Shown: in pieces, positions 18,021 through 27,945 of the stretch
How the letters are laid out: every line of letters begins with the position of its first letter
How positions within the stretch are numbered: position 1 is the first letter of the stretch
Origin: an uncultured Verrucomicrobiae bacterium
Lineage (GTDB): Bacteria > Verrucomicrobiota > Verrucomicrobiia > Chthoniobacterales > JAFAMB01
DNA: 64,000 nt
Direction of reading: 5' to 3'
Assembly (NCBI GenBank): GCA_963762565.1
Contig: CAVXLD010000011.1
Coordinates: forward strand, 1 to 64,000
Translations under genes and position numbers: made by a program
The notes under the pieces: generated by a model
What the model was told of the DNA's origin: nothing
Databases searched by the model: none
The model's input: only the letters and a program-made list of their open reading frames with translations

Positions 18021-19274
18021 ATGAAAACGACTACCTCCCTCCAAACTGTCGACTCAAATCTGAAACCCTTAGTGGATGCTGCGCTGGAGCAAAGTGGAGG
18101 ATTACTCCGGTTGGCCCCTTGTTGGGTGCCGAGGTCGTTCCTGCAACCGGGCCGGCGATTAAAACTGCATCCTGACGATCTGTATGCCTATGGACTGGAT
18201 CGCGGCGGAATCGACGAACGCTGGTTTGGTTCCACCACCCCGGCCGCCAATGAAAATCGGACTCCGGACGAAGGTCTGAGTTACTGCGTATTCGATGGGA
18301 AACGTTTCACCTTGGCGGACGCGGTCCAAGAATGCGGAGCCCAGATCATCGGCGAACAGATTTGGAATAAATATCGGCGCTGGCCCGTGTACTCAAAATT
18401 CTTCGATAATATGGGGCCGATCCCGCATCACATGCATCAATCGGCAGAGTTTGCCCGACTCGTCGGCCAAGAAGGCAAACCGGAGAGCTATTATTTTCCC
18501 CCGCAACATAACCAGGTCGGAAACAACTTTCCCTATACGTTCATGGGGTTGGAACCGGGAACGACCAAGGATCAAATCAAACAATGCCTGGAGAATTGGA
18601 ACCGCGGCGATAACGGTATCCTTGATCTTTCGAAAGCGTACCGGTTGAAACCCGGCACGGGCTGGCTGATCGGGCCGGGGCTTTTACATGCGCCAGGGTC
18701 GTTAGTGACGTACGAACCACAATGGGGTTCCGATGTGTTTGCGATGTTTCAGTCCTTGGTGGAGGGCCGCGAGATTCCGCGCGAGTTGCTGGTGAAGAAT
18801 ATTCCGCCGGAAAAGCATTTTGATCTCGACTTCATCGTGAGCGAGCTGGACTGGGAGGCCAACGTTGATCCCTATTTCAAAGAGCATCATTATCTCGAAC
18901 CTATCCCGGCCGCTAAAACCGAAAACGAGGGCTATATCGATCGATGGATCGTCTACGGTGAGATCGGCGGGGAACAACTCTTTTCGGCCAAGGAACTGAC
19001 CCTCGAGCCCGGTGTAAAATGCACCGTTCGCGACAATGGAGCTTACGGACTGACCGTGGTGCAGGGCCGGGGTAAGATGAACAATCTGGTTTTGGATGCC
19101 CCCAATATGATTCGCTTTGTCGAAATGACTGACGACGAAGTGTTCTGCACTGAGGCCGCCGCTCGAGCCGGAGTGACATTCGAGAACATCAGCGCAGTAG
19201 AAAATCTCGTTCTCCTTCGCTATTTCGGCCCCGGCGTGAATCCAGAAGCACCCCGGCTCTCACGTGAGAGGTGA
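18021..19274 (+). CDS. Cupin-fold protein, phosphomannose-isomerase-like
   Basis: Motifs ERWF, KFFDNMGPIPHHMHQ, GKPESYYF and LHAPGSLVTYEPQWGSD resemble type I PMI metal-binding segments. Confidence 0.7.
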   Translation: MKTTTSLQTVDSNLKPLVDAALEQSGGLLRLAPCWVPRSFLQPGRRLKLHPDDLYAYGLDRGGIDERWFGSTTPAANENRTPDEGLSYCVFDGKRFTLADAVQECGAQIIGEQIWNKYRRWPVYSKFFDNMGPIPHHMHQSAEFARLVGQEGKPESYYFPPQHNQVGNNFPYTFMGLEPGTTKDQIKQCLENWNRGDNGILDLSKAYRLKPGTGWLIGPGLLHAPGSLVTYEPQWGSDVFAMFQSLVEGREIPRELLVKNIPPEKHFDLDFIVSELDWEANVDPYFKEHHYLEPIPAAKTENEGYIDRWIVYGEIGGEQLFSAKELTLEPGVKCTVRDNGAYGLTVVQGRGKMNNLVLDAPNMIRFVEMTDDEVFCTEAAARAGVTFENISAVENLVLLRYFGPGVNPEAPRLSRER

Positions 19275-19446
19275 GAAGTTAGAAGTGAGAGGTGATTGGT
19301 GATTGGTCGGTGGTTTACCTGGGGTAACGACGGCGCGTGCAGGGGTCCCACGCCTTCAAATCAATTGAATTGAGCAGCGATCCCATCAGTCCCATAGGTC
19401 CTATAGAGCTCGTCGCGCCGTAGGCTTGGCGAAGGCGGATCCCATC
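19264..19446. repeat. Chimeric bracket: GTGAGA/GTGATTG left arm, GTCCCAT 9-mer right arm
   Basis: The left arm supplies the upstream stop codon. The right arm is interrupted by the 30-nt motif at 19412-19439. Confidence 0.75.
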
Positions 19447-19510
19447 CGAGCCTGACCCCTCGTGTCCGCAGCGTCCCGTGCATCCCCCTGCTGAACAATT
19501 GTACAGGCCC

Positions 19511-19539
19511 TTGACGTCACCGCACTCATTCCCTATTTT
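19511..19539 (+). promoter_or_regulatory. Possible sigma70 promoter of the sugar ABC operon
   Basis: TTGACG-17 nt-TATTTT, about 190 nt upstream of the start codon. Confidence 0.35.
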
Positions 19540-19728
19540 CCTAGCGCAACCCCCCGTTTGGAAATCCCGCGAGTTTCGTTTTGGCAGCGTGATAGAATAT
19601 TCCGCCCGTTCGTAGCGTTCGCGGCGATCCCGGCGTCGGGCGATGCCGGCGGCTTATCCGTCTGTGCAGGTCCGCCCAAATCGAGCCGAGATTTCTTGGG
19701 AAAAACTGTAAATAACAGCCACTAGTCT

Positions 19729-21375
19729 ATGTCAAAGGATCGCTCCCAAGAGCATTTCAAAGAACTGACTGCCGCGTTTCTAGCGGGCAGGATCTCCCGG
19801 CGCCATTTTATTCATCAGGCGGCCAGGCTTGGCATTTCGGCGGCGTTGTTGAGTCGCATCTTGCCGCAGGCTTATGCGGCCGCTGACAACCTGGTCGACT
19901 CCGCGCCGGAGGCACCCAACGAATCGCCGATCACGAAGGAGCGGATCGAATTCCTGAAAAAGAAACCCTACAAAGGGACTACTATCAACGTGCTGGTATT
20001 AAAGGCGACTGTCGGAGACGGCCTTAAATACTGGGTCCCGAAATGGGAAGAAGAAACTGGCGGCAAGGTGAACGTCGCTGAGGTCCCTATCGATACGTTG
20101 CACCAGCAGATCTTTTCAGATCTCCAGACAACCCATCGGTACGACACCTACATGACGGGCGCCTGGTTCTATGGCGATTTCTTTGTTCCTAAAGAACCTT
20201 ACATCGTTCCGCTTGAGCCCTTCTTAAAGGACCCGAAGTATCCCTATTGGAATCCGGATGATTGGATCCCGGCAATGAAAACGCTTTATACCTGGGAAGA
20301 TAAGGTCTACGGCGCCCTCTTCGACGGCGATTGCCAGATCCTCTACTACCGGAAGGACGTATTCGATAAGCCCGAGAATCAGCAGAAGTTTAAGGACAAG
20401 ATGGGCTACGATTTTCCGAATCCTCCCAAGACGATGAAGGAGATGCAGGATGTGGCGACCTTCTATACCGGCTGGGATTGGAACGGCGACGGCAAGGATG
20501 ATTGGGGGATTTCGTTACACGCTAAGGTCAATGAGCAAGGATTCTTCCATTTCTTGACCCTCGCTGCTCCCTACGTCTGCTCGCCGAACAACAAATACTT
20601 CTGGTTTAATCCCGACACGATGAAGCCTTTGATTAACTCAGAAGGCCATCTGCGGGCATTGGAAGATTACGTCAAGTTTCTCCCCTGCGGACCCAAAGAA
20701 CAGATCAGCTGGACACTCGGTCAAGGTTGGAATCTGTTCCTTTCCGGGGATGCAGTGATGGAGCCGACCTGGGGTGACTTACCGACCTTTGCTCAGGATC
20801 CGAAACAGTCGAACCTGAAGGGCAAAATAGGGGCGGCGATCATTCCGGGAACACCTGAGGCGTATGATCCGATCAAAGGAAAATGGGACAAATTTGAGCT
20901 TAACAACTGCGGAAACGTCAACGGTGGCACCTGGCATTGCGTTATCTCCCGTTTCTCTAAGAAGAAAGAGGCCACCTATGATTTCCTGGCGTTCATGGCA
21001 AACAAGCCGAATGCGCTCTACAATTGCACCCATGGTTTCACCGGCGTGCAACCGGGGATGAAGTTCGAATATTTCCCGCCAGTCGGGACAGGAAAAGTTG
21101 AGGAATGGGTAGCACAAGGTTGGGACGCGGACGATGCGAAACGGTATCTGGACGCCTATTACCAGAACCTCACATTGCCCGTCCAGGAGTCGTACCTGCG
21201 CATACCCGGAGCTGCCGAATATTGGCACGAGCTTGATGTTCGTATCTCGGCGGTGCTGGCCGGCCAAACGCAACCCAAAGCCGCGCTGGATGACACTGCG
21301 CAGACCTGGGAGCGAATCACTGACCGATACGGACGTGATAAACAAAAGAAGCTTTATCAAGCTTCGTTCGCCTAA
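19729..21375 (+). CDS. Sugar ABC substrate-binding protein with Tat signal
   Basis: SRRHFI twin-arginine motif, ILYYRKD, SBP family 1 layout; followed by two permeases and an ATPase. Confidence 0.88.
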   Translation: MSKDRSQEHFKELTAAFLAGRISRRHFIHQAARLGISAALLSRILPQAYAAADNLVDSAPEAPNESPITKERIEFLKKKPYKGTTINVLVLKATVGDGLKYWVPKWEEETGGKVNVAEVPIDTLHQQIFSDLQTTHRYDTYMTGAWFYGDFFVPKEPYIVPLEPFLKDPKYPYWNPDDWIPAMKTLYTWEDKVYGALFDGDCQILYYRKDVFDKPENQQKFKDKMGYDFPNPPKTMKEMQDVATFYTGWDWNGDGKDDWGISLHAKVNEQGFFHFLTLAAPYVCSPNNKYFWFNPDTMKPLINSEGHLRALEDYVKFLPCGPKEQISWTLGQGWNLFLSGDAVMEPTWGDLPTFAQDPKQSNLKGKIGAAIIPGTPEAYDPIKGKWDKFELNNCGNVNGGTWHCVISRFSKKKEATYDFLAFMANKPNALYNCTHGFTGVQPGMKFEYFPPVGTGKVEEWVAQGWDADDAKRYLDAYYQNLTLPVQESYLRIPGAAEYWHELDVRISAVLAGQTQPKAALDDTAQTWERITDRYGRDKQKKLYQASFA

Positions 21376-21578
21376 GCCTACAAATCGCCACGCGGCGCCT
21401 GCCGCGAGACCGATTTGTAGGCTATGGCATTTCAATGGACGCGTATGCGTCCATTGAAATGCAAGGCTGGGTAATCGCGAATGGGTTCAGAGATGTCTTT
21501 TCAACCAAGCTGTGAAATAATCCGGCTGCAGCCGGATTATTTCGCAGCCATAGCCTGCATCGCTTAAAAAATGCAGGC
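21375..21578. repeat. AGCCTRC...GYAGGCT-ATGGC hairpin family, inverted pair
   Basis: Four hairpins, including a perfect 16-bp stem at 21427-21462; starts in the SBP stop codon. Confidence 0.8.
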
Positions 21579-21603
21579 CATTTTCTAAGCGATCCAGGCT
21601 CAA

Positions 21604-22485
21604 ATGGAAATCTTATCTGCTCAGATTAAGGCTGAACGCTCGTTCAAGTACGCGTTGCTGGCTCCGGCGGTGATCTGGGTCATCGCCTTAACTTTCTTCC
21701 CGATCTTAGCGGCGGTTCATTATAGCTTCGCCAACTATGTGCTTGGGGAGGGGATTACCAGCTATGTCGGTTTTGATAATTATGCCCGCCTGCTAACGGA
21801 CTGGAATTTCTGGTACGCGATCTTTATCACGGTCCTGTTTGTCGGGATTACCGTGCCAATCGAGGTCTGCGCCGGCTTTTTGCTAGCCTGGATCATCACC
21901 ATCGGGCTGCCCGGGAAAAGCTTCTTTCGGCCGATCCTGACCGCGCCGTTGTTCACGATGGAAGTAGCCATCGGATATCTCGGGGTCACTCTATTTACCG
22001 ATCAGGGTGGGTTAATCAGCGGTTGGCTGGCTGCGCTTGGAATTCACATTCCTTGGCTATCGACTGCCACCGGAGGACTAGCTGCGGCGATGATTTTGGA
22101 CGTTTGGATCTGGACACCATTCGTCTTTTTGATGTCTTTGGCTACACTTTCAGCCATTCCCACCGACCTGTACGACGCGGCTCTACTGGAAGCGAAAAGT
22201 CATTGGGAAGTCTTTTGGCATGTAGCTGTGCCCCTGGCCTGGCCGGTACTCACTATCGCCATTCTCTCCCGCGTGATTGAAGGGATGAAGGCTTTCGGTC
22301 TGCCCTACGCACTCACCAGCGGCGGCCCCGGCACGAGCACGCAGCTCTTCAGTATCATGGCCGATCTAACGACGATCCAATTCACCGATTTCGGTCGTGG
22401 ATCCGCCATGGGTATCCTGTACCTCATCTTAGTTTCTGTGGTGATAACCTATTTCTTCAAACAGATGCGCAAACGAATTGAATAA
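21604..22485 (+). CDS. Carbohydrate ABC permease
   Basis: Motifs VGFDNY, DVWIWTPF, LYDAA and LTSGGPG. Confidence 0.9.
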   Translation: MEILSAQIKAERSFKYALLAPAVIWVIALTFFPILAAVHYSFANYVLGEGITSYVGFDNYARLLTDWNFWYAIFITVLFVGITVPIEVCAGFLLAWIITIGLPGKSFFRPILTAPLFTMEVAIGYLGVTLFTDQGGLISGWLAALGIHIPWLSTATGGLAAAMILDVWIWTPFVFLMSLATLSAIPTDLYDAALLEAKSHWEVFWHVAVPLAWPVLTIAILSRVIEGMKAFGLPYALTSGGPGTSTQLFSIMADLTTIQFTDFGRGSAMGILYLILVSVVITYFFKQMRKRIE

Positions 22486-22557
22486 GGAGTTAGGAGCTAG
22501 AATCTAGACTCTAGTAGGAGCGATCTCCTAGCTCCTAGATTCTAGCTCCTAGCTCCT
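22485..22557. repeat. Empty AGGAGCT / AGCTCCT heptamer bracket
   Basis: The arms are separated only by CGAT; the AGAATCT/AGATTCT variant is mirrored. Confidence 0.9.
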
Positions 22558-22565
22558 GAATCGAC

Positions 22566-23420
22566 ATGGAAAACCTGTTGTGGACTAACTCCAAGAAAGG
22601 CTCGAAGGCCGTCATAATGGTGATTGCCTGTGTGGCGACCATCTGGGTAGTGATTCCTTTTTTCTGGGCGATCGTTAACTCTTTCAAGACCCCAGCCGAA
22701 ATATTCAAGCCGGGCGCTTTGATTCCATTTCTGCAATTCGCCCCAACGTTAGACACCTGGACTGAGGTTTTGGGCGACCCCCAGGCGTTGAACTGTCTAT
22801 TCAGCAGCGCTCTGGTCGGGGTGGGCACCACTTTACTGGTGCTGCTGATAGGAACACCGGCTGCGTATAGTCTGGCCCGGTTTGAGTTCAAGATGAAGAG
22901 CCGGGATATCACGCTCTGGTTTTTGTCGCAGCGCGTATTGCCGCCAGTAGTCGTGCTGACGCCGTTCTATATTCTTCTAGCCCAGGTGGGTCTGATTGAC
23001 ACTTGGATCGGTTTGATCATCCTTTATTCCACTTTTAACCTGGCTTTTTGCGTAGTCATTATGCGGGATATTTTCCGCGACGTTAGCAAAGAGGTCGAAG
23101 AAGCAGCTAGAATCGAGGGCGCCTCTCTTTGGCAAATCTTTTGGATGATCGCTCTACCGCTTTCCCTGGATGGTCTGATCGTAACCGCGTTTATCGTTTT
23201 CGCGTTTTGTTGGAATGAAGCGTTATTTGCGTCAGCGGTTACTTCGCAGCACGCGGCCACCATGCCTGCCTTTATCCTAGCTTCACGGAGCACTCGCGGA
23301 GTGGACTTTAATTATGCTGCGGTGAATACCATCCTAGCGATCACTCCGCCGGTCATCTTGTCGTTCTTTGTTCAACGCTACCTGGCGCGGGGCTTGTCGT
23401 TTGGAGCGGTGAAAGGATAA
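22566..23420 (+). CDS. Carbohydrate ABC permease
   Basis: Motifs PAAYSLARF, EVEEAARIEGA and FCWNE; ends GLSFGAVKG. Confidence 0.9.
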   Translation: MENLLWTNSKKGSKAVIMVIACVATIWVVIPFFWAIVNSFKTPAEIFKPGALIPFLQFAPTLDTWTEVLGDPQALNCLFSSALVGVGTTLLVLLIGTPAAYSLARFEFKMKSRDITLWFLSQRVLPPVVVLTPFYILLAQVGLIDTWIGLIILYSTFNLAFCVVIMRDIFRDVSKEVEEAARIEGASLWQIFWMIALPLSLDGLIVTAFIVFAFCWNEALFASAVTSQHAATMPAFILASRSTRGVDFNYAAVNTILAITPPVILSFFVQRYLARGLSFGAVKG

Positions 23421-23566
23421 GGGAGTAGGAGCTAGGAGCTAGAAGAAATCATTTTGATATGACCAAGAGGCGACGCAACGAACTTGTCAAAAAGCATTCA
23501 AAAGCCGGCGAACAGAGGTGACGCTAAGTCAACGTCCTAGCTCCTAGATTCTAGCTCCTAGCTCCT
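23421..23566. repeat. AGGAGCT / AGCTCCT heptamer bracket
   Basis: The left arm directly follows TAA; about 90 nt of interior. Confidence 0.85.
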
Positions 23567-23594
23567 TTTCTAACCCCTCTCACGTAAGCAAAGA

Positions 23595-24689
23595 ATGGCA
23601 ATCGTAGAACTAACCAACGTCCTAAAGAAATACGGCGAAGTCTTGGCCGTTGAGAGCTTCAACCTCACCACGAATGAGGGTGAATTCGTGGTGCTCGTCG
23701 GGCCTTCCGGTTGCGGAAAAACCACGACCATGCGTATGATCGCCGGCCTGGAAACCGTGACTGGCGGCGAAATCAAAATCGCGGGGAAAAATGTCGTTGG
23801 GATGATACCGCGGGAACGGGATGTCGCCATGGTGTTCCAAAACTACGCTCTATTCCCGCATATGAACGTTTTTGGGAATATGTCTTTCGGGCTAAGACTC
23901 CGGAAACTTCCTCGAGAGAAGATCGAGAGCCGGGTGCGCGAGGCGGCGAATATTCTCGGTATCGAACATTTGTTGAGCCGCAAACCGAAAGAGCTTTCTG
24001 GGGGCGAGAGGCAACGGGTTGCGCTAGGGCGGGCGATCGTCAGAGAGCCTCAGGTATTCCTGATGGATGAACCCTTATCGAACATCGACGCGAAGCTACG
24101 GGTAGAGATGCGTGCCGAAATCATTAAGCTGCAACGTCGCCTCGGAGTTACCACCTTCTACGTCACCCATGACCAGGTTGAAGCCCTCAGCATGGGTGAC
24201 CGCATTGTGGTGATGTCTAAAGGCAAGGTACAACAAGTCGGAACGCCCAGGGAGCTTTACCAAAATCCACAAAACCTTTTTGTGGCAGGCTTTATTGGGA
24301 GCCCGTCGATGAATTTTATTCGGGTGCAGGTCAGCGACAAAGGAACGCTCTCAGCCGGAGAAGATTTTAAGGTTGGTTTACCGGGTCAACTGGCAGACGC
24401 GGTCCGTGCGAAGGGGCTGCGCGAAGTAATTTTGGGTGTGCGCCCAGAACATCTCCGGCTAGTAGGAGACGGAGCGGCCGAAAACAGAATCCCTGGTGTG
24501 GTCGACATCGTTGAACCACAAGGGTCGACCACCATTCTGCAAGTGAGCGTCGGTGCTGACACCAAGATCATAGCCCAGGTGGCCGAACAATGGGGCCGTC
24601 AGCCCGGTGAACGTCTACAGCTTTCGATCCCGCCTGACGCGATTCATTTGTTTGATCCGGCGACGGATGAGCGAGTCGGTGAAAAGTGA
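23595..24689 (+). CDS. Sugar ABC ATP-binding protein (MalK/UgpC family)
   Basis: Motifs [23 protein letters not shown] and YVTHDQVEA. Confidence 0.93.
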   Translation: MAIVELTNVLKKYGEVLAVESFNLTTNEGEFVVLVGPSGCGKTTTMRMIAGLETVTGGEIKIAGKNVVGMIPRERDVAMVFQNYALFPHMNVFGNMSFGLRLRKLPREKIESRVREAANILGIEHLLSRKPKELSGGERQRVALGRAIVREPQVFLMDEPLSNIDAKLRVEMRAEIIKLQRRLGVTTFYVTHDQVEALSMGDRIVVMSKGKVQQVGTPRELYQNPQNLFVAGFIGSPSMNFIRVQVSDKGTLSAGEDFKVGLPGQLADAVRAKGLREVILGVRPEHLRLVGDGAAENRIPGVVDIVEPQGSTTILQVSVGADTKIIAQVAEQWGRQPGERLQLSIPPDAIHLFDPATDERVGEK

Positions 24690-25022
24690 TTAGTGATTGG
24701 TGAGTGGTGAGTGGTGAGTCGTGATTGGTAGGGCTCAAGCCTGGTAGGGCGAGGCTCCCGCAAGACCGAGCGATTGACCAAGGCGCAGGTGCGTAAACCT
24801 CACCGGTCAACGAGCCATGTATATAAAACGCGCCGAGCCGTGGTCTATCCTGGGCCACGGCTCGGCGCGTCTGTTGGATCTGCTCGATGATAGGTCCAGT
24901 GGAGGCGATCTCCCTTGTTTGAGCGGGCTCTTTCGGGAGCGGCGCCCTACCAGGCCTCAGCCCCACCAATCACCGATCACCAATCACCAATCACCAATCA
25001 CGCCTCACTTTTCCCCTCTCAC
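24679..25022. repeat. GTGATTR / YAATCAC bracket enclosing a REP-like doublet
   Basis: Seven to eight heptamers per arm; both convergent genes end (GEK*) inside the arms. Confidence 0.9.
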
Positions 25023-26135
25023 CGCCTCCGGCACCGCCGGGGACGGCGCGTATTTTTCTTGGTAAAGCTGTTCTAACACCTTAAGGGTGTCCGCCACGTT
25101 GCGTTCGATCATGTATTCGTGACCTTTCTCGGCGCAGGCTGCCCGGAGCTCCGGTTTTTGGCAGAGCGTGGTCCACCGATCGATAGCGTCTGCCAGAGCA
25201 GCCACGTCTTCCGGGTCTTTCAAGATTTCTCCATGCACGCCGTTTTCAATAATCTCCGAGAAACCGTTGTTCACCGTTGTAATGACCGGTGTGCCCGCCG
25301 CCAGCGCTTCCAGACAGGCATTTGAAAACGGGTCGTATAAGGTCGGCAATACGAAAATATCTGCTGCTACCGAGAGCGAATGCATATCCTCGACCGGGCC
25401 CAAAAATCGGATCGATTTCGGCGTGAACGACGGCTTTTTACCCTCTCCGGCAACTAAGAGCTTAATATGGCGATTGTTCAGTTTCAGAACCGCATCAATA
25501 GCAAAGCGCAACCCTTTACGTTCCCAGCCCGAACCGGCAAAGAGAATGCCGATGTCCAAGTCCGTCAGGCCCCAGTCATACCGATGATCCCAACGGGAAC
25601 CAGGCTTCTTTTTGAAATCGGTGTCTGCGATTCCGTTATAGATGACGGATATATGCTCCGCCGGATAATTAAACTCTGAGATGATTTCACGCTTAATCAT
25701 CTCTGAATTCGTAATCACCCGGGTGGCTTTCTTTTCCCCGAGAAGGCCTTGCTCCAGGTCCACCAACTCATTGTGTTTCCCATTCATGAAACGGAGCGAT
25801 TTACGCCACTTGGGCTCGAATGCTTCCCGTTTCTCGAGCCAGATCCGGTGCACCCCATCGCCGGCGCGATAGCAGTCGCATTCGAGAATCCGCTCAAGGC
25901 TGAACAAGATTTCGACCGAGTGGCGAGCTGCCGCCACTGCATTGGCAAAGCCTAAGGGAGACGATTCCTTAAAGCGGACCAAATGACCGTATGGCCATTC
26001 CGCAGCCGGCCATTCCTCAGTCGCAAGGAGAGTCAATTGATGTCCGGCATCCGATAATGCACGCCCCAACCGCTTCAGGTAACCCTCGGCACCCCCGGTG
26101 CGGGAGAAACCCCTACGTACAAGTCCGATCTTCAT
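25005..26135 (-). CDS. Glycosyltransferase family 4 (WaaG/RfaG-like)
   Basis: Motifs GGAEGY, YRAGDGVH, FAGSGWERKGL and PTLYDPFSNACLEALA. Confidence 0.9.
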   Translation of the reverse strand: MKIGLVRRGFSRTGGAEGYLKRLGRALSDAGHQLTLLATEEWPAAEWPYGHLVRFKESSPLGFANAVAAARHSVEILFSLERILECDCYRAGDGVHRIWLEKREAFEPKWRKSLRFMNGKHNELVDLEQGLLGEKKATRVITNSEMIKREIISEFNYPAEHISVIYNGIADTDFKKKPGSRWDHRYDWGLTDLDIGILFAGSGWERKGLRFAIDAVLKLNNRHIKLLVAGEGKKPSFTPKSIRFLGPVEDMHSLSVAADIFVLPTLYDPFSNACLEALAAGTPVITTVNNGFSEIIENGVHGEILKDPEDVAALADAIDRWTTLCQKPELRAACAEKGHEYMIERNVADTLKVLEQLYQEKYAPSPAVPEAVRGEK

Positions 26136-26193
26136 TTATGTCTGATCGAAAGATTCTACAGCATTTCCGAGGCTAATAAAGAGAAACGGAATT

Positions 26194-26455
26194 TGGTGGG
26201 GCGAGGCTCCCGAATGGCCGTTTGAAGTCCGCGAAGGAATTGAGGTTTCTGGGAGATTTGACTAGGCTGGTTCTAGACGCTCGCCGAGCCGCGATCGAGC
26301 GTGTGCCAGCGTGAAAAGATCGGCACAAGATTGTCGAACTTGGTCAGCGCTGGGTCCGGCTCGGCGCGCGTATTGGCATAGGTCACAATTTTGCGCCGCA
26401 GAAGGTCTTTAGCTCGGCGAAAACAATCCGGTTGTTCGAGAGCCTCGCCCCACCA
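26194..26455. repeat. REP-like doublet (GGGCGAGGCTCCCG family)
   Basis: TGGTGGGGCGAGGCTCCCGAA ... TTCGAGAGCCTCGCCCCACCA with an inner GCCGAGCCG / CGGCTCGGC pair. Confidence 0.85.
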
Positions 26456-26505
26456 GTGTACCCGGCGTTGACGGCGCTCCCGCTCGGGTTGACCTTTCGC
26501 CCCTA

Positions 26506-27789
26506 TTGACCGACCTAGATTTTCTACCGAAGAGCGTTCTTTATGCGACATCTGCACGGATTGGAGGTGTGGGACTCGACGCAGTTGCCCTGGAAACGCT
26601 GCGCGGCCTGAAAAGCCAGCTGGGCATGGCTATCGGCTTCGGCTTGCGAACAGCCTCAGGCGACGGTGAGCTCTCTGATTCCGATGCTTGGCTCAGACAA
26701 CGCCACTTAGTCAAGAATCTCAGCTGGCATCCGGTACGCCTGCTTTCGAACCTGCAAAGCCGATATTACTACGCTGCCAAGAAACGAGCGGTCGATAGCG
26801 TGGCGGCCAAATGCCTTCGAACTGGGCGCTTCGACCTTTTCCATGGCTGGTCTGGCGAAGCCTTACAATCGTTGCAGGCTGCAAAATCCCTTGGAATTCC
26901 GACATTGCTGGAAGTCCCCACTTGGCATCGTCAAAAAGGAAAGAGTCTGCCGCCTAGAACTGAGCAAGAGCTCGCCATGGAAAACGCGCCCGTTCCCCAG
27001 CGGTGGCTCAACCGTTTGTTGATCAGCCGCCAGGAAAGCCTCGTGGAATACGACACAGCCGATCTCTTGTTGGTGCTTTCTGAGAAAGCCGCCGAAACCT
27101 TTACGGTGTTGGGTACGCCAAAAGAGAAGCTCTATCCGATTTCGCGTGGAGTCGATGTCAACCGTTTTGTCCCAGGCCCTAAGCCGGCAATCTTCCGGGC
27201 CGTTTTCGTGGGCGCGCTGATCAAGCGAAAGGGGGTTCATTGGCTAATCGAGGCTTGGCGCCGGCTAAAACTCCCCTCGGCGGAGCTGTGGTTGGCCGGA
27301 CATCCGCATCCAGAGATCCAGCCGTTTCTCAAGGATCTGCCGGAAAACGTTAAACTTCTCGGGTTCACCAAAGAGATTGTGAAAGTATATCAAACCTGTT
27401 CGCTTCACATTTTTCCTTCTGAATGCGAAGGCAGCGCCAAATCAACCTATGAGGCAGCCGCTTGCGGGCTCGCTCAGATCACCACCCGTGAGTCTGGCGA
27501 TGTGGTGGTGAATGGGGAGAATGGTCTGTTGGTGCCGCCCAACAATGTGGAGGCCTTGATGGCGGCAATCACCAAGCTTTATGAGAACCCAAAGCTAAGA
27601 GAGGAATTCGGGCAACGGGGTCGCCAACGTGTGGTCGACAATTTTACCTGGGACCATTTCCGCGAACGGCTCCAAGGTGCGTACCGCACCGCACTTAAAC
27701 TAAAGTCCAATCACCCGCGAATGGACACGAATCGACGCGAACAGAAAATACAAATCCAACCGCAGATTAACGCAGATGAACGCAGATAG
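26506..27789 (+). CDS. Glycosyltransferase family 4
   Basis: Motifs GVDVNRF, FVGALIKRKG and PSECEGSAKSTYEAAACG; the C-terminal tail is encoded by repeat DNA. Confidence 0.88.
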   Translation: MTDLDFLPKSVLYATSARIGGVGLDAVALETLRGLKSQLGMAIGFGLRTASGDGELSDSDAWLRQRHLVKNLSWHPVRLLSNLQSRYYYAAKKRAVDSVAAKCLRTGRFDLFHGWSGEALQSLQAAKSLGIPTLLEVPTWHRQKGKSLPPRTEQELAMENAPVPQRWLNRLLISRQESLVEYDTADLLLVLSEKAAETFTVLGTPKEKLYPISRGVDVNRFVPGPKPAIFRAVFVGALIKRKGVHWLIEAWRRLKLPSAELWLAGHPHPEIQPFLKDLPENVKLLGFTKEIVKVYQTCSLHIFPSECEGSAKSTYEAAACGLAQITTRESGDVVVNGENGLLVPPNNVEALMAAITKLYENPKLREEFGQRGRQRVVDNFTWDHFRERLQGAYRTALKLKSNHPRMDTNRREQKIQIQPQINADERR

Positions 27790-27940
27790 ATTTATAAAGC
27801 GTCGCCGCCATGATTTACCGCGTACCATCTGCGTCAGTCAGTGTGCATCTGTGGTTTGCTTTCATCTTCGCGTCTATTCGTGTGCATTCGCGGTTTATTG
27901 TGGTCTTTCCTCTGTGCCGCTCTGTGTCTCTGTGGTGAAA
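27713..27940. repeat. Nested 10-mer brackets (CRCGAAT / ATTCGYG; CGCAGATGAA / ATCTGYG) plus an unpaired CTCTGTG arm
   Basis: Two nested inverted layers and an extra right arm ending 5 nt before the ATG at 27946. Confidence 0.85.
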
Positions 27941-27945
27941 TCAGG

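Noticed and set aside
19540..19728. Structured leader RNA before the Tat-exported binding protein
   Set aside because: Only a short GC hairpin is visible, with no recognisable family or terminator.
20779..21435. Long antisense ORFs (218 aa here, 202 aa at 10323, 200 aa alternate frame at 8583)
   Set aside because: They are shadows of well-supported genes and have no recognisable motifs.
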